58,922 nucleotides of DNA, from the NCBI GenBank assembly GCA_031287725.1, contig JAITSP010000026.1:1-58922 (forward strand), read 5' to 3'. This DNA comes from Rickettsiales bacterium (GTDB lineage: Bacteria > Pseudomonadota > Alphaproteobacteria > Rickettsiales > UBA1997). The notes under the pieces are model-generated. The model had not been told where the DNA came from. It saw nothing but the letters and a program-made list of their open reading frames with translations, and did not search any database. Below are positions 35,506-44,680 of this stretch, piece by piece. The translations under genes and the position numbers were made by a program. Positions within the stretch are counted from its first letter, which is position 1. Every line of letters starts with the position of its first letter.

Positions 35506-36852
35506 ATGTCAGAGAAGACTGAAAAGTATTGGCTGGGAGAGTCAGAAAGAGCGGTGTACAATTTCAATGAAAAAACCGGACTGCTGGAGCAGACGTGTGT
35601 GCTTAGCAAAAGCGATATGGAAAAATTGCGCGAAGATGGAGTTCTAGGAAATAACACAGACTTTGGCTACCACACGAATCAACTCTTTTTGGAGAAGGCG
35701 ATCGACGTCATCAAGGACAGATACCCAAATGTTTCAGAAGAAATACCGATAGGGTTCTACGACGAAAGTGAGAATTCTTACAAACAAATAAGAGAACAAA
35801 TGTCATCGTCGGCTACGGGCAAACCGGAACTGGCCGTAATATATGATGATGTCCACACCGTGGTTACTCTGAATAGACCTGTGGCTGACGGCAGGGTAGA
35901 AGTATATGTTATGGATTCCTACTTTACTCAAAAAAATCCAATTATTGAAAATATCTACAGTGACAGCAGTAAATACACCGTGAGATATTCAGTCACGCCG
36001 CATTCCCTGGAATCTTTGGAGAGACGTAATAAAATACAAGATGAGATGAACCAACTAGAAAGTCAGAAAGGTACGGAAAATTATGATAGATTAAAACGTG
36101 AGATGACGGTAGAATTGTTAGATCCCAAAAACAACCCAGGAATAGCTGGTATACAGTTTGGTGCTCAAAAATGTATGGTGTTTACTATGGCCTTTATTGA
36201 TGAGTGGTACAAAACCATCGGGGAAAAAATGGAAAATACCAAAGAAACAGATCCGAAGAAATGTCTAGATAGCATCGTGGACAGATTCGAAACCAAGGAG
36301 GTAGAAAACCCCTACTGTTCTACACCGTTTCAGGGCTCGAAGTTTGTGGAGGCTAATGTTGGTAAAAAACTTAATGCGTTTGTAATGCCAAATTTTCTAC
36401 TAAAATACGGCGATAGCGAACAGGCATTGGATGCGGCTGTCAAGCACTACACAGCGAAAAAAGATATTATCGAGGGGGAATCGGAGAAAATAAAGGGCCA
36501 GGTTGTTGCCTTTAAGAAAAAGAGAGAGCAGGAGGTGGATAGGAGATTGGCAAAGGATGTGAAGCCCCTGGAGAAGGGTCTGGATACTCTTCTAGCCAAA
36601 GTAGAGAATTTGAAAAAGGCAGGGGGAGACAAAAAAAATAGAGAGGCCATAGAAAAATACGAGGCAAAGATTGAAGAAAAACTAAAGGCCAATGACATAG
36701 AAATGGAACCGGCGAGAAAGGATCTTGTGAAGAAACTTCGTGATATATTCTCTCCATCCGCAAATCTAGCAAACAAGGCCTATGCGGATATCATCAAACA
36801 CGACCAGACAAAGACTGGGGCAAAGAAGAACAACTCCTCGCCGCACCTCTGA
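35506..36852 (+). CDS. candidate secreted effector with a YopJ/CE-clan-like His-Asp-Gln-Cys arrangement and a Lys-rich coiled C-terminus
   Basis: 448 aa, in an A/T-rich gene. 'DDVHTVVTLNRPVADGRVEVYVMDSYF' has the His, then an acidic residue 20 aa later after a beta-hairpin. 'GIQFGAQKCMVFTMAFIDEW' has the Gln-x5-Cys followed by hydrophobic residues. Both resemble YopJ/Ulp-type catalytic cores. Confidence 0.4.
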   Translation: MSEKTEKYWLGESERAVYNFNEKTGLLEQTCVLSKSDMEKLREDGVLGNNTDFGYHTNQLFLEKAIDVIKDRYPNVSEEIPIGFYDESENSYKQIREQMSSSATGKPELAVIYDDVHTVVTLNRPVADGRVEVYVMDSYFTQKNPIIENIYSDSSKYTVRYSVTPHSLESLERRNKIQDEMNQLESQKGTENYDRLKREMTVELLDPKNNPGIAGIQFGAQKCMVFTMAFIDEWYKTIGEKMENTKETDPKKCLDSIVDRFETKEVENPYCSTPFQGSKFVEANVGKKLNAFVMPNFLLKYGDSEQALDAAVKHYTAKKDIIEGESEKIKGQVVAFKKKREQEVDRRLAKDVKPLEKGLDTLLAKVENLKKAGGDKKNREAIEKYEAKIEEKLKANDIEMEPARKDLVKKLRDIFSPSANLANKAYADIIKHDQTKTGAKKNNSSPHL

Positions 36853-36983
36853 AGCAACTCTGGAAATTCCCAGGCTAGCCGTTTTCCAGATTATCTATCA
36901 GAGGAGGGCGGAGCCGTATTGCATTTAAAACTATCTATGGTCTAGTTAGATGGATATTAAATATTACCAATCTTCGGAGAGAG

Positions 36984-37511
36984 ATGCGAAAAAGAATAAA
37001 GATTTTTCTGCTGGACCGTTGGGATGGAGTAAAGTCTCTGCTGGCCAGGCTCTACTCGATCTCCAGGGACAGGATAGGGAGATCCTACAGTCTCTGTAGA
37101 GATGGAGAGGAAAACTTCAGGGTATTGTTGCTCTACTGGTGTACGGTGCCGGCAATTTTGTATATTTTTATTAGATTCCGAGTCAATCTCTACTCGTTTT
37201 TCGAATGGCCACTGGACCTGTTCGCCATGATTCTGTCGCTGCTGGATATATTTTTTATCCAGAAGGCTCTTAGAAAACATCCGGACTATGATAGTGAATT
37301 TGTTAAGAGCAGAGAGAGGGAGCAGTACTACTCCTCTCTGAGCCCGGAGGAGTTGCAGAGGGCGAAGGCCAGCGAAAAGAAAGAGGGTGCCAAGGGCCTT
37401 CTGAGGCGTCTACTGCTAATAAATAGAGATAAAACCGTTGATCCCTACAGAATTGTCAGGCTACTCATGTTTCTGACACTGTTTCTGGCTCTAAAGAGAT
37501 TTTTTAGCTAG
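36984..37511 (+). CDS. hypothetical membrane protein
   Basis: 175-aa ORF with about 3 hydrophobic helices ('VLLLYWCTVPAILYIFI', 'LDLFAMILSLLDIFFI', 'IVRLLMFLTLFLAL'). No recognisable family. Confidence 0.45.
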   Translation: MRKRIKIFLLDRWDGVKSLLARLYSISRDRIGRSYSLCRDGEENFRVLLLYWCTVPAILYIFIRFRVNLYSFFEWPLDLFAMILSLLDIFFIQKALRKHPDYDSEFVKSREREQYYSSLSPEELQRAKASEKKEGAKGLLRRLLLINRDKTVDPYRIVRLLMFLTLFLALKRFFS

Positions 37512-37572
37512 CCGGCCGGCTCTCCGCCCCCTGAAAATTGCAATTCGGGAGAGAGGGTCGAGGTTTTCTGGC

Positions 37573-38022
37573 CTAGAGTAGACCGAATTCTGTCAGCACT
37601 GAGCGATAGAGGTCCCTCTTGAACTGGGGAACCAGCTCAACCAGCTCTGGCGCGGTGACGGTCCTGTGGTCGGTGAATTCAACCTCTTCGGCCACTCTGT
37701 CGTAGCTGAACTGGGCGAGGGGATCCGTAATTTTTATGAGAAAAAACATCTTCCTCTGGCCATCGCAGTCCTGCCTCGATTTCTTTCCATCTCCGAAGAG
37801 GTAGGGAATGAAGGTCTTTGTCCGCCCAAGAACTCTGAACTGGCTTCTGGCCAGACCCACTTCCTCCTCCAGCTCTCTGGCCAGAGCCTCCTCGGGGGTT
37901 TCCCCTTCCTCTAGGCCCCCCTCGGGACCCTGCCAGTTTTCAGGAAAATCTGCTCTGCGGAAGGCAATCACATTGCCATTTCCGTCCAAAACTATTGCCC
38001 CAACGGCCTCCCTTAGTCTCAT
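37573..38022 (-). CDS. NUDIX hydrolase (RppH-like)
   Basis: 149 aa. NUDIX box 'GPEGGLEEGETPEEALARELEEEVGL' (Gx5Ex7REUxEExGU). Confidence 0.8.
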   Translation of the reverse strand: MRLREAVGAIVLDGNGNVIAFRRADFPENWQGPEGGLEEGETPEEALARELEEEVGLARSQFRVLGRTKTFIPYLFGDGKKSRQDCDGQRKMFFLIKITDPLAQFSYDRVAEEVEFTDHRTVTAPELVELVPQFKRDLYRSVLTEFGLL

Positions 38023-38978
38023 TGATCGCTGTCCTCCCTGATTTCCAGAGCCGCTATGGCTCCATAGGCTGCTGCCAGAACGGCCTGCCTATATTTTTTA
38101 TTGGTCACATCGCCAGCGGCATAGACATTTCTAATATTTGTCCTCGCGCTGTCCCTATCCGTAATGATGTATCCTCCGCCGTCCATAGCCAACCCACTCC
38201 CTCTGAAGAGACCGGACTGTGGCTCCAGTCCGATGGCCATGAACACAGCCCGGACGTCTATTCTGCTCCTCTGGCCGGTTTTCCCGCTGAGCACCTCCAG
38301 AGACTCCACAGACCTTGGCTTTTCTCTGCCGCAGATCTCAAGAATTTCACTGCTGAACATAATATCTATTTTATCATTGGACTCTAGGCGTTTGGCCAGG
38401 GTTCCAGGTATTCTGCTGAATCTATCCCTCCTATAGAGGAGGTACACTCGGGAAGCCAGCTGGGCCATATGGAGCGCCTCCAGGGCGGCCGTTTCTCCTC
38501 CACCAACCACCGCTACGGGCTGATTTTTGAAAAAATTTCCATCACAGAGGGCGCAGCTCGAAACGCCAAAGCCTCTAAACTTCTCTTCACCCCGGACTCC
38601 CAGAGATTTGGGCACTGCTCCGGTCGCTATCACCACATTGCTGGAGCGATAGGAGCGCTCCGCCGTCTCACAGACAAATGGTCTGGAGGAGAAGTCGACG
38701 GCCACAGCGCTGTCGTAGACAATGTCGGCCCCTATGCTTTTTGGCTGTTCGAAAATTTTCATAGCTAGATCGACCCCCGCCACCGAGCCGGGGAACGCTG
38801 GGAAATTCTCCACCTCTGTGGTGCTGGCCAGCTGTCCTCCGATGCTGGGGCCTGTAAACAGCAGAGTCCTGGCGCCGTCCCTCACCGCGTAGACGGCAGC
38901 CATGGCTCCCGCCGGCCCTGAACCGAGGACTAGGACATCGTAGACACTATCTGCCATTGAAACCCACTCTAGTTTCAC
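38019..38978 (-). CDS. trxB: thioredoxin reductase
   Basis: 319 aa. FAD motif 'VLVLGSGPAGAMAA', redox-active 'CALCDG', NADPH motif 'VAVVGGGETAALEAL', and 'AAGDV'. Confidence 0.9.
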   Translation of the reverse strand: MKLEWVSMADSVYDVLVLGSGPAGAMAAVYAVRDGARTLLFTGPSIGGQLASTTEVENFPAFPGSVAGVDLAMKIFEQPKSIGADIVYDSAVAVDFSSRPFVCETAERSYRSSNVVIATGAVPKSLGVRGEEKFRGFGVSSCALCDGNFFKNQPVAVVGGGETAALEALHMAQLASRVYLLYRRDRFSRIPGTLAKRLESNDKIDIMFSSEILEICGREKPRSVESLEVLSGKTGQRSRIDVRAVFMAIGLEPQSGLFRGSGLAMDGGGYIITDRDSARTNIRNVYAAGDVTNKKYRQAVLAAAYGAIAALEIREDSDQ

Positions 38979-39019
38979 TCTCCGGAGAAGACTAGCCCTC
39001 CCCGGGCTTTTGTCAAGAA

Positions 39020-39059
39020 CCTCCGCCCCCTCCGGGCCACGGCCCGGAGGGGGCGGAGG
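39020..39059 (-). terminator. GC-rich hairpin downstream of dnaJ
   Basis: 'cctccgccccctccgggcc ac ggcccggagggggcggagg' has perfectly complementary 19-nt arms, 20 nt after the dnaJ stop. Confidence 0.5.
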
Positions 39060-39078
39060 GGCCTAGGGTAGACTGACA

Positions 39079-40203
39079 CTATTTGAACCACTTTTTGAAA
39101 AACGTGCTCTCCTGCCTAGTTCCCTGGAGTAGACCATCCAGCTCCTTTGCGACCTTTTCTGCCTCGCCACTGAGGTTCCTAGGAATCTCTATCTTGACGC
39201 TGACTAGCTGGTCACCCTTTCTAGTGCCGCCCCCGAGCACCGGCATGCCCTTTCCGGCAAGTTTTATCCTATCGTCGTTCTGGGTTCCTGGAGGAATTTT
39301 AACCGTAGCCTTTCCTCCGTCCAGGGTGGGAACCTCTATTTCTCCGCCGACCATGGCCGTCGTGGGCAGAATGCCGGCCGTTAGGTGTATATCATTCTTC
39401 TCCCTCCTGAAAATATCGTGCCTCTTCAGACTGACGACGACAAACAGGTCGCCGGTCTTTCCTCCATTCTGGCCTGCCTCCCCCTCTCCGGCCAACCTAA
39501 TTCTACTTCCACTGTCAACCCCGGCTGGTATTTTGACCGAAAGGTTTCTTGCCTTCTGGAACCTTCCGGTTCCGCTGCATTTTTTGCAGGGTTTCTTTAT
39601 TATTTTGCCGCTGCCCTTGCACTTCCTGCAGGTCTGTTCCAGAATGAAAAATCCCTGCTGGCTCCTCGTAGTTCCGCTGCCATTGCATTCCGAACAGTTT
39701 ATAGAGCCGCTAGCATCGGCCGAACCGCTTCCTCCACAGTCTTCACACTTGACCATGGTCGTAAAGCCTATGTCAACGGACTTTCCGCCATAGGCATCCT
39801 CGAGAGTCAGGGTCAGATCATACCTCAGATCGGCACCTCCCTCGGCACCTCCCCTTTTCCTCGAGGCTCCGCCACCCAGGTCGGAAAATATATCTGAAAA
39901 TGAACTAAAAATGTCACTGAAGCTACTGAAGTTAGCACTGCCAAACCCTCCGAAGCCGCCACTCCCTCCTCCAGCCCCATTTACGAAGGCGTCATGGCCG
40001 TAGCGATCGTAGGCGGCTCTCCTGTCCGCATCCTGGAGAACATCGTAGGCTTCCGCGGCCTCCTTAAATTTGGCCTCGGCCTCCTTGTCATTTGGATTCC
40101 TATCCGGATGGAATTCCATGGCCTTCTTCCGGTAGGCCTTCTTGATTTCATCCGGGGATGCCTTTTTATCTATTCCTAGAACTTCGTAGTAGTCTTTTGC
40201 CAT
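39079..40203 (-). CDS. dnaJ: molecular chaperone DnaJ
   Basis: J domain '[34 protein letters not shown]', a G/F region, and four CxxCxGxG zinc-finger repeats. Start set at MAKDYYE (40203); the ORF track starts at 40224. Confidence 0.95.
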   Translation of the reverse strand: MAKDYYEVLGIDKKASPDEIKKAYRKKAMEFHPDRNPNDKEAEAKFKEAAEAYDVLQDADRRAAYDRYGHDAFVNGAGGGSGGFGGFGSANFSSFSDIFSSFSDIFSDLGGGASRKRGGAEGGADLRYDLTLTLEDAYGGKSVDIGFTTMVKCEDCGGSGSADASGSINCSECNGSGTTRSQQGFFILEQTCRKCKGSGKIIKKPCKKCSGTGRFQKARNLSVKIPAGVDSGSRIRLAGEGEAGQNGGKTGDLFVVVSLKRHDIFRREKNDIHLTAGILPTTAMVGGEIEVPTLDGGKATVKIPPGTQNDDRIKLAGKGMPVLGGGTRKGDQLVSVKIEIPRNLSGEAEKVAKELDGLLQGTRQESTFFKKWFK

Positions 40204-40473
40204 CCTGTGACTAAAAATTAGCACAGTGAAGTATATAGGTATATTTTTAGCTTTTTCAAGGGCGCAGGTGGGGGGATCGTCTGGGCCAGAGAAACCACCT
40301 CCTAGCTCCCAAGACTCTCCTAGATTAGTTTTTAATTTGCCCGCCGGAGCTGTCGAGGGTTCTGGGGTTTGGCTGGGAGCCTCCGGCGGGAAGCATCTAA
40401 AAAAATTTTCTCCGCAGCTTGAAAATTAACCGTGCACATATATTTTTCCCTCCAGGGTGGATTGGATTTGGCT

Positions 40474-40674
40474 ATGAATTCCGGGGGTTCGACGAGGTTA
40501 GGGTACTGGGCTATGGCCCTGTTGGCGCTTCTACTGCAGTCCTGCAGTGCGGCGAAGGTGGTTGATGTCAAGAGTCCCTGTGTTTCTGGGGAGGAGGGTC
40601 CCTGCGGGCCGAGAAAGCCTGTCAACGAGTGGTGGCTAAGGGGCCTAAGGCAGGAGACCCTAGACCTGGGCTAG
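40474..40674 (+). CDS. small putative lipoprotein
   Basis: 'MNSGGSTRLGYWAMALLALLLQSC' is a signal peptide plus lipobox. The mature part is about 40 aa with two further Cys residues. Start chosen at ATG 40474; the ORF track gives a GTG at 40432. Confidence 0.45.
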   Translation: MNSGGSTRLGYWAMALLALLLQSCSAAKVVDVKSPCVSGEEGPCGPRKPVNEWWLRGLRQETLDLG

Positions 40675-40722
40675 CCCTTGGCCGTGTGTCCAATCCTAAA
40701 CAAAATAGTGGAGCATAGGAAG

Positions 40723-42171
40723 ATGAGAAGAGGTGGCGTCGGAGGACTGTTGCGGGTTTGGGCTGGAGCGCTGCTCTGCCTAGGGAGCGTGTCCGTTGGC
40801 TATAGAGCGGTGGTGGCGGGGAGACGCTCGACTGGGGCCGAAGGCTCGAGCCTCGAGAAGGCCATCCAGGGTCTGGCCCTGGGAGGAGGAGCTAGCGAGG
40901 GTGAGACTATGGTCTCCAGAGGGCAGCCAAAGGACGAAAGAGAACTGTTCGAGTACATAATGGGCACCATAACAAATAGCTACGTAGAGGAGGTTGACAG
41001 GAAAAAACTCTATGAGAGCGCCTTCGGCGGGATTTTGTCCTCCCTCGATCCTCACTCCAGCTATCTGACGGATAAGGAATTCAAGGAGATGAATCTCCAC
41101 ACCAGCGGGGAATTTGGTGGGCTAGGCATCGTGGTTACCAAGGACTCTGGATTTGTGAAGGTCATTTCTCCGATATACGATACCCCCGCCGAGAGGGCCG
41201 GCATAAAATCTGGAGATTTCATAAGCGAAATAAACGACAGGCTGACCCACAATATGAGTCTGAACGAGGCTGTCGACAATATGAGAGGAAAGCCCGGCAC
41301 AAAGGTAAAACTGACCGTGCTGCGGGTTGGGGAAACTAAGCCGCTGACCTTTGATCTAAAGCGAGAGATCATAAAAACCAACTCCATCAAGGGTAGGGTG
41401 GAGAACAGAGACATAATTTACATCAGAATAACAAACTTTACCAAGAACACCTACAGGGATACCATTGACACCTACAACAAATTGAAAAACTCCATCGAGG
41501 GTGGAAAGCCTCCTCGGGGTGTCATTCTGGACCTCAGGAATAATCCGGGGGGCCTACTGGACCAGGCAATTAAAGTCTGTGAGCTGTTTCTGGAGAAGGA
41601 TAGGGTCATAGTGTCCACCAGAGGTAGGAACAATCGACCCATGGAGATGTACAAATCCAGTGCCGCAAAGGTTCTAGTGGATGTCTATCCGATGGTGGTG
41701 TTGGTTAACGAGGGGTCGGCCTCGGCCTCTGAGATCGTTGCCGGAGCTCTCCAGGATCACAGGAGAGCCGTGGTGATGGGAACGAAAACATTTGGCAAGG
41801 CCTCTGTGCAGGCCGTTTTCCCTCTAAGCAATGGTGGTGCTATGAAAATGACCATAGCCAAGTACTATACCCCTAGTGGACGTTCTCTCCAGGCGGATGG
41901 CATAGAGCCTGATCTATGGGTTGACGAGGGCGTGGTGAATTTTGTCTCCGACGGTGACAGGATCCGGGAAAAGGATCTCTCTGGCCATCTGAAGAAGGAA
42001 ACCGGTGGCTCCGACAGGGGTGCCGAGGAAAATACCCGGGAGGACATAGTGAGCAAGTCAATTCGAGAGAACGCTCTGGCTAAGGATGGGCGCAGGGATA
42101 ATATTGGAGACTACCAGCTCTCTAAGGCCATCGATCTGATTGTCGGAATAAGCTTCTATGGTAAGAAATAA
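40723..42171 (+). CDS. ctpA: carboxy-terminal processing protease (S41 family)
   Basis: PDZ 'GIKSGDFISEIND', 'VILDLRNNPGGLLDQA', the catalytic 'VNEGSASASEIVAGALQD', and 'GTKTFGKASVQ'. Start set at MRRGG (40723); the ORF track begins at 40678. Confidence 0.9.
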   Translation: MRRGGVGGLLRVWAGALLCLGSVSVGYRAVVAGRRSTGAEGSSLEKAIQGLALGGGASEGETMVSRGQPKDERELFEYIMGTITNSYVEEVDRKKLYESAFGGILSSLDPHSSYLTDKEFKEMNLHTSGEFGGLGIVVTKDSGFVKVISPIYDTPAERAGIKSGDFISEINDRLTHNMSLNEAVDNMRGKPGTKVKLTVLRVGETKPLTFDLKREIIKTNSIKGRVENRDIIYIRITNFTKNTYRDTIDTYNKLKNSIEGGKPPRGVILDLRNNPGGLLDQAIKVCELFLEKDRVIVSTRGRNNRPMEMYKSSAAKVLVDVYPMVVLVNEGSASASEIVAGALQDHRRAVVMGTKTFGKASVQAVFPLSNGGAMKMTIAKYYTPSGRSLQADGIEPDLWVDEGVVNFVSDGDRIREKDLSGHLKKETGGSDRGAEENTREDIVSKSIRENALAKDGRRDNIGDYQLSKAIDLIVGISFYGKK

Positions 42172-43234
42172 AATTTTTCCCACTCTACTACTGTTTCTAG
42201 CCGGCAGCTGGACCGGAGCCTGGGGAGATTCCCCCCGGACCAGAAAGCCGGGTAGTACCCGGCTAGCCCCAAGAGGGCAGGGGGAGCTCAGGAGGATGCT
42301 GGGTGTTGATGACAGCGATAGAATCCTGAGCGAGCTGCTGGTGCCAAAAAATCTAAAGGAGAGGAGAAAATTTCCATCGCGGGCTAAAAATAAAAAAAAA
42401 GAGCAATTCGATTCCGTTGTGGTGACAACCTATGACGTGGCCGAGGCCGGGAAGATTTTCGCCAAAATCGGTAGCGGAGGCAGAAAGAGTGGCGTCAGTG
42501 GTCGCTCTGCCTATGAGGAGACGCTCAAGAAGGCCAACATAGCGAGGAGGAACAGGATTAGCCTGACATCTCTGGAGAAGGTAGAGCTGTGGCGTAGCTT
42601 CTCTAAAGCCTTTGGCATCCTGGGGGATAGGGACAGATTCTGTAGAGAGATTGGGGTCAGTGACCAGTTTCTGCAGAGTTTCATGGAGGACTGGCTTCTC
42701 TGGCAGAAGCACTTAGATAAAAATCTAAGGAGGGCAGCTATCTCGGATTTGGGCGAAAATATTATTTCGGACCAGCTGGAATGCAGGGGCATTGGCATTC
42801 TGAAGAAAAAATACGATCTCACCGAGTTGGCCATGGGCTATAGCAGTGTCGAGGAAAAGAGAGAGGCTAGGAAAAGATTGGATGGCCTTTGGAAGAGGCT
42901 GACCTCTGGTGACGGCGAATTTAGCGCCGCTGAGCTGGGCCCCGTCAGGGTGACGAAGCTCAATTCCATTTTCAAAGATGATCTAAGTGAGCGCATAGGG
43001 AATAGCCTGAGAGGTCTCAGAGAGGGTGAGGCCACCAGACCCCTCTGCATTGGTGACGCCAGGGGGTCCTGCCTCATGCTGAGAGTGGATAGGGAGGAGT
43101 CTAGGCGCGAGGAGGTGGATGAACAGACAAAACTCGTAGTTACCAGCGCCATTTTCGGCGAGCTGCTGGAAAACAAGACGAAGGAGGCTCTGGGAGACTA
43201 TTCGGCCCTAGCCATGGTTGTCCACAGGCACTAG
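42158..43234 (+). CDS. secreted hypothetical protein, possibly a divergent SurA/parvulin-like chaperone
   Basis: 358 aa. Signal peptide 'FPTLLLFLAGSWTGAWG'. The C-terminal part 'RLTSGDGEFSAAELGP...LREGEATRPLCIGDARGSCLMLRV' loosely resembles a PpiC-type domain. Overlaps the ctpA end. Confidence 0.35.
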   Translation: MVRNKIFPTLLLFLAGSWTGAWGDSPRTRKPGSTRLAPRGQGELRRMLGVDDSDRILSELLVPKNLKERRKFPSRAKNKKKEQFDSVVVTTYDVAEAGKIFAKIGSGGRKSGVSGRSAYEETLKKANIARRNRISLTSLEKVELWRSFSKAFGILGDRDRFCREIGVSDQFLQSFMEDWLLWQKHLDKNLRRAAISDLGENIISDQLECRGIGILKKKYDLTELAMGYSSVEEKREARKRLDGLWKRLTSGDGEFSAAELGPVRVTKLNSIFKDDLSERIGNSLRGLREGEATRPLCIGDARGSCLMLRVDREESRREEVDEQTKLVVTSAIFGELLENKTKEALGDYSALAMVVHRH

Positions 43235-43236
43235 CC

Positions 43237-43941
43237 ATGGCTAGGGGCTGTTCTCTGGAGGGTCGAAGGTATAGGACCGAATCTCTAAAGAAGTCTAAAA
43301 ATAGAAAAACCTCGTCTGCCAGGTGGCTCCGGAGGCAGATGAACGATCCCTTCGTAAGGGAGGCCAGGGCCAGGGGCTACAGGTCCAGAGCTGCCTTTAA
43401 AATAGTAGAGATCAACGAAAGCTACAGGATTTTCAGAGAGGGCCAGAGAGTCATGGATCTCGGGTCGGCGCCGGGTGGCTGGAGTCAGCTGGTGGTTGCC
43501 AGCGTCGGCCGGGGTAACGTCTTTGCGGTGGATTTGGTGGCCATGGAGCCGATCGATGGGGTAGAATTCACGGAGGGTGATTTTCTCGATGCCAACTTCA
43601 GAGCTGCTCTGGCGGCTCGGCTGGGAACGGAGAAATTTGATGTGATCATGAGTGATATGGCTCCCAACGGCAGCGGAGACCCAAAGACTGACCACCTTAG
43701 GATCGTTGGGCTGGTAGAACAGGCCATAGACTTTGCTCTGGAATTTTTGAAGGTCGGTGGGACCCTTGTGGCTAAAATTTTCCAGGGTGGAGAGGAGCGC
43801 AGACTGGTGGCGGAGCTTAGAAAATACTTTGAAAGGGTCAGCTACTGCAAGCCAAAATCGTCCCGAAAGGATTCGGCGGAGATGTATCTGGTTGCCCAGC
43901 GGTTGGTTCCATCCTGTCCCTCTGCCAGTCTATCCCTCTAG
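43237..43941 (+). CDS. rlmE: 23S rRNA (uridine2552-2'-O)-methyltransferase RlmE/FtsJ
   Basis: 'SSARWLRRQMNDPFVREARARGYRSRAAFKIVEI' and the SAM motif 'VMDLGSAPGGWSQ', then 'DVIMSDMAPNGSG' and 'KIFQG'. Confidence 0.92.
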   Translation: MARGCSLEGRRYRTESLKKSKNRKTSSARWLRRQMNDPFVREARARGYRSRAAFKIVEINESYRIFREGQRVMDLGSAPGGWSQLVVASVGRGNVFAVDLVAMEPIDGVEFTEGDFLDANFRAALAARLGTEKFDVIMSDMAPNGSGDPKTDHLRIVGLVEQAIDFALEFLKVGGTLVAKIFQGGEERRLVAELRKYFERVSYCKPKSSRKDSAEMYLVAQRLVPSCPSASLSL

Positions 43942-44165
43942 CATTGCCGGAAATTTGTTAATGGCTGAAAAACCTTAGCCCTATTGACCCTGTACTCGTT
44001 TGTGGTCAGCTAGATTAGCTTCTCCACAAATTTTTCACTAGAGTCACCTGTCGCTAGTTCTAGAGGATATTTCTTTGGTTGTCAAACCAGTGGGATCAAA
44101 ATTGTGTCTATTCCTAGTCTAGGGAAACGAATAGTCTGGGCAAGCCCTAGGGCCCTCTAGGGGAC

Positions 44166-44193
44166 TTGACAATGCCGTAACGGTACATATTAT
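44166..44193 (+). promoter_or_regulatory. near-consensus sigma-70 promoter upstream of mraZ (TTGACA-16 nt-TATTAT)
   Basis: TTGACA at 44166..44171 and TATTAT at 44188..44193, 38 nt upstream of the mraZ ATG. Confidence 0.45.
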
Positions 44194-44230
44194 CCCGGCA
44201 TAAACCATAAAAACCCATGAAGAGCGGGGA

Positions 44231-44680
44231 ATGGGCCTATTTTTGTCAACATTTGAAAATAGAGTTGATCAAAAGGGTAGAGTTTCTGTGCCTTCACAGT
44301 TCAGGAACGTTCTCCGGCAGGAGGGAGAGGACTCGCTGGTACTCTATGAGTCCTCTCTGAATAGCTGTGTGGAGGGCTGTGGTTTGGCTAGGCTGGAAGA
44401 ACTTAGCAGAAAAATAGACTCTCTGGATCCATTTTCCGAGGAGAGAGACGCCTTTGCCGCTGTGATTCTGGGCGGTTCGGCCCAGCTGTCCTTTGACCGG
44501 GATGGCCGCATAGTGCTGCCGAGGCATCTGATGGATTTCGCTGGCCTGGGGGAGAGGGTAACCTTCATCGGCAAGGGCCGAACCTTTGAGCTCTGGGATA
44601 GTGAACTGTTCAGCCAGTATATAGCCAGAGCGAGGATCCAGATTGGAAAAAATAGGAGTATATTTAGAAATGCAGAATGA
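44231..44680 (+). CDS. mraZ: transcriptional regulator MraZ
   Basis: 149 aa. 'FLSTFENRVDQKGRVSVPSQFR' and a second SpoVT/AbrB-like half 'DRDGRIVLPRHL'. First gene of the dcw-type cluster. Confidence 0.92.
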   Translation: MGLFLSTFENRVDQKGRVSVPSQFRNVLRQEGEDSLVLYESSLNSCVEGCGLARLEELSRKIDSLDPFSEERDAFAAVILGGSAQLSFDRDGRIVLPRHLMDFAGLGERVTFIGKGRTFELWDSELFSQYIARARIQIGKNRSIFRNAE

